DNA from: Tubiluchus corallicola
Taxonomy: Eukaryota > Animalia > Priapulida
Direction of reading: 5' to 3'
Length of the DNA: 64,000 nt
NCBI GenBank assembly: GCA_030141605.1
Contig: JAQGDQ010000180.1
Coordinates: 372,696 to 436,695 of the forward strand
Numbering within the stretch: the first letter of the stretch is position 1; each line of letters starts with the position of its first letter. The translations under genes were made by a program, and so were the position numbers. Below the pieces are notes generated by a model, which saw only the letters and a list, made by a program, of their open reading frames with translations, did no database searches and had not been told where the DNA came from. Below are positions 54,292 to 64,000 of this stretch, one piece after another.

Positions 54292-55218
54292 TTAGTTTGG
54301 CCACAGTGGATCGTTAGGGATGGACCTTGGCTGCACAACTTGCCTTGGTACATTTCTCGGTAGTTGACTTTTAGGACCAGAATGAACTGGCAGTGACTCC
54401 AATTCCACGGCTTGGAACTGAAGATTTGGCGTCCTCTGGTAACCGTAAGCTGCTCCTTGCTCAGTGCTGCCCTCTCCGCTTGCTGTCTGGGTGTACTGTT
54501 GGGTAGCATCCTGGGTGGCTGAGCGGGTTGCGGACAGTTGGATTCCTGCATCACCGGAGCCGGAACCGCTCCTTTCGGATTCGCTCCTCTCGTGTTGCCT
54601 AGCGTAGCCCGAACGGTATCTTGAGCCAATAACGACTTGGTCCCTCTGGGCAGCATTTATGGCTCCCCTGGGAGCTAGGGCAGCAGCGTCGTCACGGAAG
54701 CGGTTGAAGTTGAAATCTTCGACGTTGATGTACCGGTTGCCGAAGTTATCGAACCCAAATGCCGCAGCATCAATGTTGCCAAAATTGTTGATGTCAATGG
54801 CGCCACCGCCAAATCCTTGAAGTCCAGCTGACCTGAAAGCGCTGTCGGCACTGCCTCCTCCAGAAACCCGAGAGACGCCTCTACCAAGACCACCGCCTAG
54901 ACTTTGCACTCCCCCAGAAATCCGGGAGATGCCTCCACCAAGACCACCTCCTAGACTTTGCACTCCTCCAGAAATCCGGGAGATGCCTCCACCAAGACCA
55001 CCAACTAAACTTTGTCCTCCTCCAGAAACCCGGGTGATGCTCCCAAGACCACCGCCCAGACTTTGCGCTCCACCGGAAATCCCGGAGATACCTCCAAAAC
55101 TGCCTCCGCCACCAAAACCACCTCCAGAGTAACCAGCAGAACCTCCGCAATTTCCACCACAGCCATAACAAAGATCTGCTGTGAGTCCCAGCAGTGCAAG
55201 TAACAGCATAACCTTCAT
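54292..55218 (-). CDS. Secreted glycine-rich protein (308 aa), probably structural; function unknown
   Basis: GC-rich open frame; signal MKVMLLLALLGLTADLCYG; 18-aa repeats ISRISGGVQSLGGGLGGG (54-bp period). Acceptor tttcAG 4 nt before the ATG, donor CAG|GTAAGA at 57412/57411, TATA upstream, polyA downstream. Confidence 0.9.
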   Translation of the reverse strand: MKVMLLLALLGLTADLCYGCGGNCGGSAGYSGGGFGGGGSFGGISGISGGAQSLGGGLGSITRVSGGGQSLVGGLGGGISRISGGVQSLGGGLGGGISRISGGVQSLGGGLGRGVSRVSGGGSADSAFRSAGLQGFGGGAIDINNFGNIDAAAFGFDNFGNRYINVEDFNFNRFRDDAAALAPRGAINAAQRDQVVIGSRYRSGYARQHERSESERSGSGSGDAGIQLSATRSATQDATQQYTQTASGEGSTEQGAAYGYQRTPNLQFQAVELESLPVHSGPKSQLPRNVPRQVVQPRSIPNDPLWPN

Positions 55219-55228
55219 TGTGCTGAAA

Positions 55229-55848
55229 TTATTAACATTACATCATAACATTACCATTGTAACATTAGCATTATAAGATTAACATTACCATTATAACATT
55301 AAAATTATAACATTAATATTATAACATTAACAATATATCATCAAAATTATAACATTAATATCATAACATTAACATTATAACATTAGATTATAACATTAAC
55401 ATTATAACATTACCATTATAACATTAACATTATAACATTACCATTATAACATTAAAATTATAACATTAACATTATAACATTAACATTATAAGATTACCAT
55501 TATAACATTGACATTATAACATTACCATTATAACATTAACATTATAACATTACACCATAACATTACCATTATAACATTAACATTATACCATTACCATTAT
55601 AACATTAAAATTATAACATTAATATTATAACATTAACATTATAACATTACATTAGATTATAACATTAATATTATAACATTAACATTATAACATTAGATTA
55701 TAACATTAACATTATAACATTAGATTATAACATTAACATTATAACATTACCATTATAACATTAACATTATAAGATTACCATTATAACATTAACATTATAA
55801 GATTACCATTATAACATTAATATTAGAACATTACCATTATAACATTAA
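55229..55848. repeat. 14-bp minisatellite (CATTATAACATTAA)n abutting the intron acceptor
   Basis: About 40 variant units. Confidence 0.95.
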
Positions 55849-56387
55849 AACCCAGTACCGTACAGCTAAAGTAAGTCTCTACGTCTCTAATTTTATTAGA
55901 AGCATAACAATAATAATAATAATAATAAATCGCACTCTATCCAAGGGTTAACCTAGGGTTGCCACCACTCCTGATTTGGCCCTTAACCTCCGGAAATTCA
56001 GCCACAAATCCGTAGTTCGGTTGATTTTTTTAAAAATTCTGAAAACTCCTGATATCAAACACCGCAATTGAAATTTAAACACCGCAAGTAAAAATACGGA
56101 AATGCAACTTGCATGCTATTGTAAGGTTAAGCTAATAACAGCGGTATCTCTGTTAAATATCAGTAAACTTACTAAGTTTAATTATATTGTAAAGAACTTC
56201 ATCTTATCACTCTGTCTACTTTTTTCACCAATTTTCACTGCAACAGCAAGTACAACGCAAGTAACTTTCCACCATTTGTTCACTTTGCTTGAACGAATTT
56301 TGTCTTACAAGTATTAATAATGGAAAAAGCACGGAAGAAAAGATTTAGCTTAAATTCACATAACATAAAGTTCTTAATAATTTGCTT

Positions 56388-56628
56388 GCTAAAAACTATC
56401 TAATTTGGTCGCTAAAAACTGTCTGATTTGGTCGCTAAAAACTATCTAATTTGGTTGCTAAAAACTATCTAATTTGGTCGCTAAAAACTATCTAATTTGG
56501 TTGCTAAAAACTATCTAATTTGGTTGCTAAAAACTATCTAATTTGGTTGCTAAAAACTATCTAATTTGGTCGCTAAAAACTATCTAATTTGGTTGCTAAA
56601 AACTATCTAATTTGGTTTCGAAAAACTA
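56388..56628. repeat. 23-bp minisatellite, about 10 copies, probably inside a hAT-like element starting TAGGGTTGCCA at 55955
   Basis: Unit GCTAAAAACTATCTAATTTGGTY. Confidence 0.93.
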
Positions 56629-57411
56629 TTTCCAAAAACACGAAAATGTGAGAAATGTATTAAGACTGGGAAGACGTAGCTATTTGCACTTTTTGTAAGT
56701 TTTGGACCTTTAGAGCTTTTCAAGCATCTAAAATCAAGCATCTAAAATTTATGCTACTTTGTGGTTTAATTTCTTAATTTTTGATTCTGAAAAATGCCTC
56801 ATAATTGGTTACCGGAGTGAAACGTTGACATTGATTTCACTGGTATTTTGTAATGAAAGTTTTTAGAATCAATACTAAGGGAAAACCGAACGATTGATTA
56901 GACTCAATCTCATTTTAACTTACTGTCCGAGATATATATTTTTTCTTGCCTGTAAAAGTTAGCGATTGTTTATAATACAAGAAATGCGTTGGTTTGCAGC
57001 ATTACCCCCAGTACCCCTAGCTGCTTCCTCTATTCCTGATTTCGATTTGCGTAAGGAGGTACCTTAACCTCCCCTTTTATCTGCCAAATTATTACTTAAT
57101 ACACATTTTATGAAGTACAAACTAAATTATTAATTAACTATAAGTCTTAAATGATTGAATGAGCTTTTTCCTTTACGAAACAAATACGCAAACAAGAGTC
57201 ATACTGTATTGCTTTCAACAAACCAAGCTAAAAAATCGTATTGAGTGAACTTTTTGTAAAACAAAAATTGTAAAAGACAACAACGGAAGAGGTTTCTATC
57301 CGTGCTGTACGTTTCTTTTTCTTGTTTCTTTCGGTCATGTCACTTTGATACGAAAGTGCATAGCACTTTACCTAATAAATATCAATAACAAACAACTTTA
57401 ATTTTTCTTAC

Positions 57412-57497
57412 CTGGTTGGAGTCTTCAAACAACTTCGACTTGTCCCTGCAACTTTTGAGAAAATGGCAACGAATGTTTAACGGTGGTCACTTTTATA
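57412..57497 (-). promoter_or_regulatory. TATA box and non-coding exon 1 of the Gly-rich gene
   Basis: Minus strand TATAAAA at 57497-57491, a ~55-nt exon, then CAG|GTAAGA. Confidence 0.75.
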
Positions 57498-57893
57498 CCC
57501 CCTCCGTTCATACCGACACGGTGTAATTAGAATAATAGGTATGATGTAAACTTCATCTAGATAATAGCAACGCTTCGAAATAATGCTGATTTTCCGCATA
57601 AACAAATATACAAGGACAATCGAGTCTAGTCCAGTTGAAATTCGAGCAAATAATTGGCACATATACGCGAGCGCTGGTAAGTGATTAATTGTTAACGTTT
57701 CAATTCGACTTGCCAGATTCATTTCATATGCGTGTTTGATTATAATCATATTTTACGTAAACCTAGATTTCGCAAACGAACAATGTCACTTTAATTTCTA
57801 GGTCGGTGAGCCGTAATTCCTGTCTTATTGTAATGCTAGTTGATAGGAGGATTCGGACTAAGTCACCACAAAATCAATCGGTCCCAATCTAGG

Positions 57894-58295
57894 GAATTCT
57901 AATTTGTATAAGTTGAACCAATTCTAATTAGTATAAGTTGAACGAATTCTAATTAGTATAAGTTGAACGAATTCTAATTAGTATAAGTTGAACGAATTCT
58001 AATTAGTGTAAGTTGAACGAATTCTAATTAGTATAAGTTGAACGAATTCTAATTAGTATAAGTTGAACCAATTCTAATTAGTATAAGTTGAACGAATTCT
58101 AATTAGTATAAGTTGAACGAATTCTAATTAGCTAAGTTGAACGAATTCTAATTAGCATAAGTTGAAAAAATTCTTATTAGCTAAGTTGAAAGAATTTTAA
58201 TTAGCATAAGTTTAATGACTTATAAATTATCATAAGTTGAACGAATTCTATTTTAGCATAAGTTGATATAATTCTAATTAGCATACGTTGAATGA
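57894..58295. repeat. 25-bp minisatellite, about 16 copies
   Basis: Unit GAATTCTAATTAGTATAAGTTGAAC. Confidence 0.95.
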
Positions 58296-58329
58296 ATCAC
58301 TCACTTCGAGGCTCAGCGAATCAACTAAG

Positions 58330-58694
58330 ACCGGCAATAGCGCATTCTTTCACATTTGCGTGGCCAACAAATAGATGCGGTACCGTGATAAGCATGATCA
58401 TGAACTGCAGTGTTCGTGTGTGACGTAGAGCTCATCTTCGTGACATCACATCAGCGTCTTATAGCAATCTTCGCTTATGCAAACGTGCTTGACGCGCAAG
58501 CAAGATTCCTACCATTGCACAAACTGTGTTTAGTTTGTAACGTAAGTGATACCTGTGTTCGGTTGACGTTAATTAACTTTCCAATGTAATTATTCAAATA
58601 TTAGAAACAATTACTAACTTTTATTTTCAAGAAAATGTATATTTCGGACTGTAAATTAAATGAGATTGAGTCTAAACAATCGTCGGGTTTTCCT
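58330..58694. mobile_element. Kolobok-like MITE, family B right part
   Basis: Colinear with ~580-973; ends GGGTTTTCCT|TTAA. Confidence 0.75.
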
Positions 58695-59058
58695 TTAACA
58701 TTGATTCTAAAAACTTTCATTACAAAGCATCAGTAAAATCAGTGTCAACGTTTCACTCTAGTAACCAACTGGGCAGAGCCGCCCCACAATTTTCTGCCTT
58801 TGTCAATTCTGCTAATAATGATCGTTTAGCCAAAAACTGCCTCCTAACTCATAATTCATCTATGCGCCAATTCATCGAGCATGAGACATGCATCACAACC
58901 TGTCGCCATGCTATCCCGTCTCTGTCACAAACGTTCACGTCAGATGTGGGAAGTGGTGCTGCCTACAATGATTTCTTCAGAATTTAAAGAAGAGTGGCTA
59001 TCATGCATTGTGCGTTTTGCAGGTCATCCACTTGCGAATTAGACTAATTCTAACTTAA

Positions 59059-59608
59059 AGGAAAGTTCAAGCCTTGTAGACGGTCAGGGTTAATTCAATG
59101 TTCGTGAAATATGTTAGAAGGATTTAGTAATAAAACTGTAATAAGCGCCTCGTGTAATTAGCAAAATCACTTTAAAGTCGCGATCACTTCATGTTTGGGC
59201 GCTTATTCAATGCCCATTATTCTTCCAATGACGTCATTCGTCTTGAAGAAAAGTAGCGCACTGTCAATCTTCATCAAAAGTATAATAATTTTTTACAAAA
59301 TAATTAGATACCTAATTTTGTAATATTTTTGCATGAACATTAGGTAAGCTGTAGAAGTTTGAATTAGTTTAAGGAGCGCTTAGGGAAAGCCACGATGCAC
59401 TTACGAAAAGTCACGAAGTCTCCCAGTTACGTCACAATTTTCAAGTGAATGGCGGCAACCACCCCCCTTGAAAATTCCTATTCAGAAGTAGTTTATCTTA
59501 AATTTATGCTGTATAGGCAGTTCTTTGCAAATTTCTTTGTTATATTTTTCGAAGTTCAAGCGATAACAGTAAAATAAACCCAACATGCTAAGTGATTTTC
59601 TCTTTCTT
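59059..59608. mobile_element. Kolobok-like MITE, family D copy 2
   Basis: TTAA|AGGAAAG ... CTTTCTT|TTAA; matches 39360-39944. Confidence 0.8.
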
Positions 59609-60065
59609 TTAACGGTGTCTTACCGACAGCCTCGCGTGCGTTTTTGGTTTATTGCAACCCTCTTTTTTCAACGACCTGCATTCGTTTTCCTTTTTTTGAT
59701 TTAGCCCTTGGCTAAAAATTCTTATTTAATCTTTTTTGCCATTTGATTTTGACAATTTATGATCAAGTAAAGTAAAGTAAGGTCGTCTGTGAAATGGATT
59801 AAAGTAAAGTAAGGTCGTCTGTGAAATGGATTACGTTTCACTTTTTAGCGAGTTTTTGCTGTTAAAAATTATGTACTGTATAAAAACGCGACTTTAAGCA
59901 GAACTGACAAAATAATGGACGCAGGCTTGAAATTTCAAAGTTTTTACTACTTTCGTATTTGGAGACAGAGTCAGAATATTTCTTCCAGCAATATCTGTTT
60001 CCACTCATAATAAGCAGCTATTGAGTTACTTGTGTATTCAATATTATGCCTCCATGTTCTGTTAA

Positions 60066-60230
60066 CCCTTTAATACCCAATGTATCCGGTGGGATACAGG
60101 CTATATTTAGCACACGGGCACAGGTAGAAAAAAAAATAATTATTATGTGTAAACAAGATGGACATACTGAACAAAAGTACCTAGCCAAAAAAATTTTTCT
60201 TATTAAAAAAATAATTTGGGACTGAAAGGG
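60066..60230. mobile_element. piggyBac-like MITE
   Basis: TTAA|CCCTTTAATACCCAA ... TTGGGACTGAAAGGG|TTAA. Confidence 0.75.
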
Positions 60231-60261
60231 TTAAAACTTATTCTGTTATATATTTATATTA

Positions 60262-61930
60262 ATTGACATGTTGCAGGCTTTTAAAGCACAAGAAAACCCC
60301 CCATTTACATAAAGCTTTAAAAATTCCTCTTGAAATTTTATACCACTTTCTTACTGCGTTTTTGCACGCAAGGCTTGCATCGGCAGCAACGCTGTATAAA
60401 ACATGTAAATTTAAAGCGATGATCATTAGACGCAGTCATTTTAATTTTGGGTAGTTTTAAACAAGTTTAGATAACATTAGGTAAAGTTTGAAAAAATAAA
60501 AGCATACGTAGCATTCACATTGCTAACAAAGTAAAATTTAGTTAGTATTAAGTTAGTTAGTAACTTAGTTAGTAAGTTAGATAGTTAGTATTAATTTATT
60601 TAGTAACTTAAATTACCGTAAATTTAAGTTAGCCACCCGGGGGTGAGTTCGCCACCCCTTACGTAATGGCCATTGTAGGTTTGCTGTAACTATTGTTCAG
60701 TATTTAATGAACAGATATCATGATCACCGTCATTATAAGCAGTTTGCGACATATCTTCTTTCAATTCGCACTAGAAGTATTCCATTCTGCGCTACATATT
60801 ATTTGTCTACTATTTCTTGCTACTTAACATGCCACGCACCTGCACCCCTGTGCCGGGCCATAGATACCAAAATATACCCCAGAAGCTCTGGAAGCTACCC
60901 TACATGCCGTCGAGAATACCAACAGGACAATCAGCGCAGCGGCGAGGCAATTCGGAGTTCCAAGAAAGACCCTTTCTGACAAACTCTCAGGAAATCATCC
61001 CCGGAAGACCGGAGGTCAGCCAGTGTTCTCCGCCGCCGAGGAGCACGAAATCGCCAACACTCCAAGTGGCCGCTGAGTGGGGGTTCCCAATGACTGCCAT
61101 CGATCTCCGACTACTGATTAAGAGTGTTCTTGACGCGAAGGGAATCCAGGAACGACGATTCAAGGCAAACACCCCTGGAATAGACTTTGTCAAATCATTC
61201 GCCCGAAGGAACAATCTGTTTTTCAGAGTGGCTGGCAACATCAAGGCCGCCCGCGATAAGATCAGTGCACAAGACGTTCAAGCCTTCCTTGCCAACGTAT
61301 AAGTTTCTATTTGAAAACTAAAACTAGCATTTTTCATAATTCTTTCATAGGGTGGCGAACTCACCCCCAACCAGCCAATCACAACCAGTTAACTTCAGCT
61401 GCCTAGAATGGCATTAAACAGTGTTAAATTGTTAGTGGCGAATTCACCCCACGATAGTGTTTCATTCGAAAGGCAATATAAAGTTTGAACTAAGAAAATC
61501 GGTTGGGTAATTCTCTTGCTATGGCAGGAAACGTAAAAAATACCCCTAAAAAGTGGCGAACTCACCCCGTTTTACGGTACTTTATCTTGTCAATATAAAA
61601 ATATGTTTTTGGTTAGTGAGTGGCGTATCCTAGAGGATGAGTCAGCGACATTTTCCAACTGGCACGAACATTTTGAATTATTATTTCTAGTTACATATGT
61701 CTTTCTAGCAGGTAAGGGAAATGCTAAGTAATATAGATTTGCATGGAAAGTTTTTTGGGTCATAATTTAACATTTCCTTTTCTTCCCCTGATTTACGTTG
61801 TGCGTATATGACGTCATGTAATGGCGACTAAGGAACAGTATTGCGGGAGATTTAAAATGAAAACAAACAACGATTTCGTTCCACGCGAGTGCGATATATG
61901 CATAAAAATGCTGTAAAGTTGTATAATTTT
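60262..61930 (+). mobile_element. Family C element, split by a pogo-like insertion and truncated by a LINE
   Basis: 60262-60615 and 61580-61930 rejoin to match the uninterrupted copy at 40480-41185. Confidence 0.8.
60616..61577 (+). mobile_element. pogo/Tc2-like DNA transposon deletion derivative (HTH-psq + CENP-B-type HTH; no DDE domain)
   Basis: TA|CCGTAAA ... TTTACGG|TA with TA duplication relative to the empty site; repeated GGTGAGTTCGCCAC motifs. Frameshifted MPRT..KYTPEAL..AARQFGVPRKTLSDKL..QPVFSAAEE..AAEWGFPMT..F..RN. Confidence 0.88.
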
Positions 61931-61957
61931 TAAATTTTTAAGTTGACAGTTTATAAT

Positions 61958-64000
61958 TATTATAAACTGTCAACTCTATCAAGTCAAGATGACTTAGCAA
62001 ATACCAGTAAGGATTTCACTTTTGTGCATTTTAATGTCAGTAGTATAAACAAAAATTACACTAGTATGTTAGACGTTCTTTTACACTTTCAAAATCCTCC
62101 TGACATTATAGCATTAAGTGAAACCCGTTTAAAAAAAGATCATATTTTTCTCACACCCTTACCTGGGTATCAATTTATTCGTGACGATTCTACAACCAAT
62201 GCAGGTGGTGTGGGATTGTATATCAGAAACTCTGTAATTTTTTCAGAAATGCCTAAATACAAAATACACAACTCAGACTGTAAAAATGGCTCCACAAACC
62301 ATATGCAACTGGAGAATATGTGGATTGAAATAGAAACTCCACCCAACATCAAAAACATTTTATTTGGAGTCATCTACAGGCACCCAAATACTAACCTTGA
62401 AGAATTTCATGAAGAACTAGAAAGCAAATTATCCTTAATTAACAGAACTAACAAATTTTGCTATATATGCGGTGACATAAATATTAATTTACTACATAGT
62501 GACAGCAAAACCTCAGTGACAAATTATACAAACATGTTATTCTCTAATAATTTTGTGCCAATTATAACTAAACCAACAAGAATAACTCATCACACTAATA
62601 CACTCAATGATCATATTTATACAAATGACCTCACCAACCACGTAACACCTGGAATTTTGCTTTATCAAGTAGCCGACCATCTTCCTATATTTGCAATTAT
62701 AAGGCATACTAAACTGAAAATGAAATCCAACAAAATCACCACAAGAAATTTTAACAATTCAACTGAACAAAATTTTTTAAATAACCTGCAGCTAGAATTA
62801 GTCAAAATAAATTTTAATGACTTGGAAACTAATGAGGGATTTAGCAAATTTAATGAAATACTCTTCAATGTGTTTAATAATCATTTTCCTTTGCAAACTC
62901 TGTCTAGGAAAGACACTATTACATTTCAAAAACCATGGATCATTAAAGGAATTTTAAATAGTATTAAAACCAGATCACGTCTTTACAAATCACACAAACT
63001 CTCAAATAATTTATACAAACAAATCTACTACAAATCCTACTCAAATAAATTAAATCATGTCAAAGAATCATCAAAAAAACAATATTACACTGAAACATTG
63101 CAAAAACACAAGAATAACATGAAAAAAACTTGGGAAACAATAAACAGTATTATAAAAACTGATCCAAAAACACGACAAACACCAAGTAAGTTAACAATAA
63201 ATAATGTGGACTATACAGATACATATGATATTGCCAGTAAACTAAATGAGTTTTTTGTAAATATAGGCCCTGACATGGCTGCCAAAATACCTAAACCTAA
63301 CGTTAATTTTACTGACTTTTTAAAAAACCCTAACCCAAATTCTTTTTTCATTAATCCTATTACTGAAAATGAAACATGCACACTTTTAAACACACTTAAT
63401 TCAAACAAATCACCAGGACCACAAAATATACCAATATCTTTTTTTAAATCTGCAAGTCAAATAATTTCACCAATACTCACATTACTGTTTAATAAATCGG
63501 TTAATGCTGGAACTTTTCCAAATATATTAAAAATAGCAAAAGTTATTCCTTTATATAAAACTGGCTCTCCACATGAACCTGGCACTTACAGACCAATATC
63601 TCTCTTATCACCAGTATCAAAAGTTTTTGAGAGGCTAATTTACAAGAGATTATACCAGTTTGTTGTGAAAAGTAATATCCTAAGTAAATACCAGTTTGGT
63701 TTCAGAAAAAAATATTCAACTGCCCTTGCTGTATCCGAATTAATAGACACGATCTCTCTAGACACTGACAAAAAATTACTGAATTGCGGAATATTTTTAG
63801 ACTTATCAAAAGCTTTTGATACCGTACAGCATAGTATACTAATAGCCAAATTAAACCATTATGGCATCAGAGGTCTACCTTTGCAACTAATCCAGTCATA
63901 TCTAACTAACAGAAAACAATTCATATCTATTAACAATGTATCATCAGACTATAAACACATATCGTGTGGAGTGCCACAAGGCTCTAATTTAGGACCTCTT
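61958..64000 (+). mobile_element. CR1/L2-group LINE ORF2 (APE endonuclease + reverse transcriptase); 5'-truncated, open to the window end
   Basis: FVHFNVSSI, PDIIALSETRL, GGVGLYI, GVIYRHP, CGDININL, KPTRIT, DHIY, ADHLPI; KPWI, YRPISLLSPVSKVFE, QFGFR, FLDLSKAFDTV, GVPQGSNLGPL. No stop seen in frame. Confidence 0.95.

Noticed and set aside
54213-55203. Overlapping Pro-rich and Trp-rich ORFs on other frames and strands
   Set aside because: Shadows of the Gly-rich coding repeat.

Overview
AT-rich, intron-rich, repeat-dense DNA from an animal genome, most likely an invertebrate; the taxon cannot be fixed from this window. Reading splice sites by hand gives four host genes. (1) The last four exons of a chitin-deacetylase-like CE4 gene (+, to 5057). 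(2) A complete 36-exon vitellogenin / large lipid transfer protein gene (+, 14922-37291, 1819 aa with all intron phases consistent). (3) A secreted PAN/apple + pentraxin gene (+, ~41691-45536). (4) A two-exon gene for a secreted Gly-rich protein that I do not recognise (-, CDS 54292-55218). The rest is mobile and repeat DNA: TTAA-flanked Kolobok-like and other MITEs, Penelope-like fragments with hammerhead cores, a 5S-rRNA-headed SINE, RTE/L2/CR1 fragments, a decayed BEL/Pao element, a pogo-like remnant, a LINE whose ORF2 is open to the window end, and many micro- and minisatellites. The most unusual signal is that two vitellogenin 3' splice junctions have been tandemly amplified (10 copies at 62-bp period, 5 copies at 94-bp period). 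This leaves arrays of decoy acceptors, each leading to a stop codon. Also notable is a second copy of the vitellogenin 3' UTR and flank 12.5 kb downstream, fused to a truncated Pao element. All calls come from reading the sequence; no searches or alignments were run.
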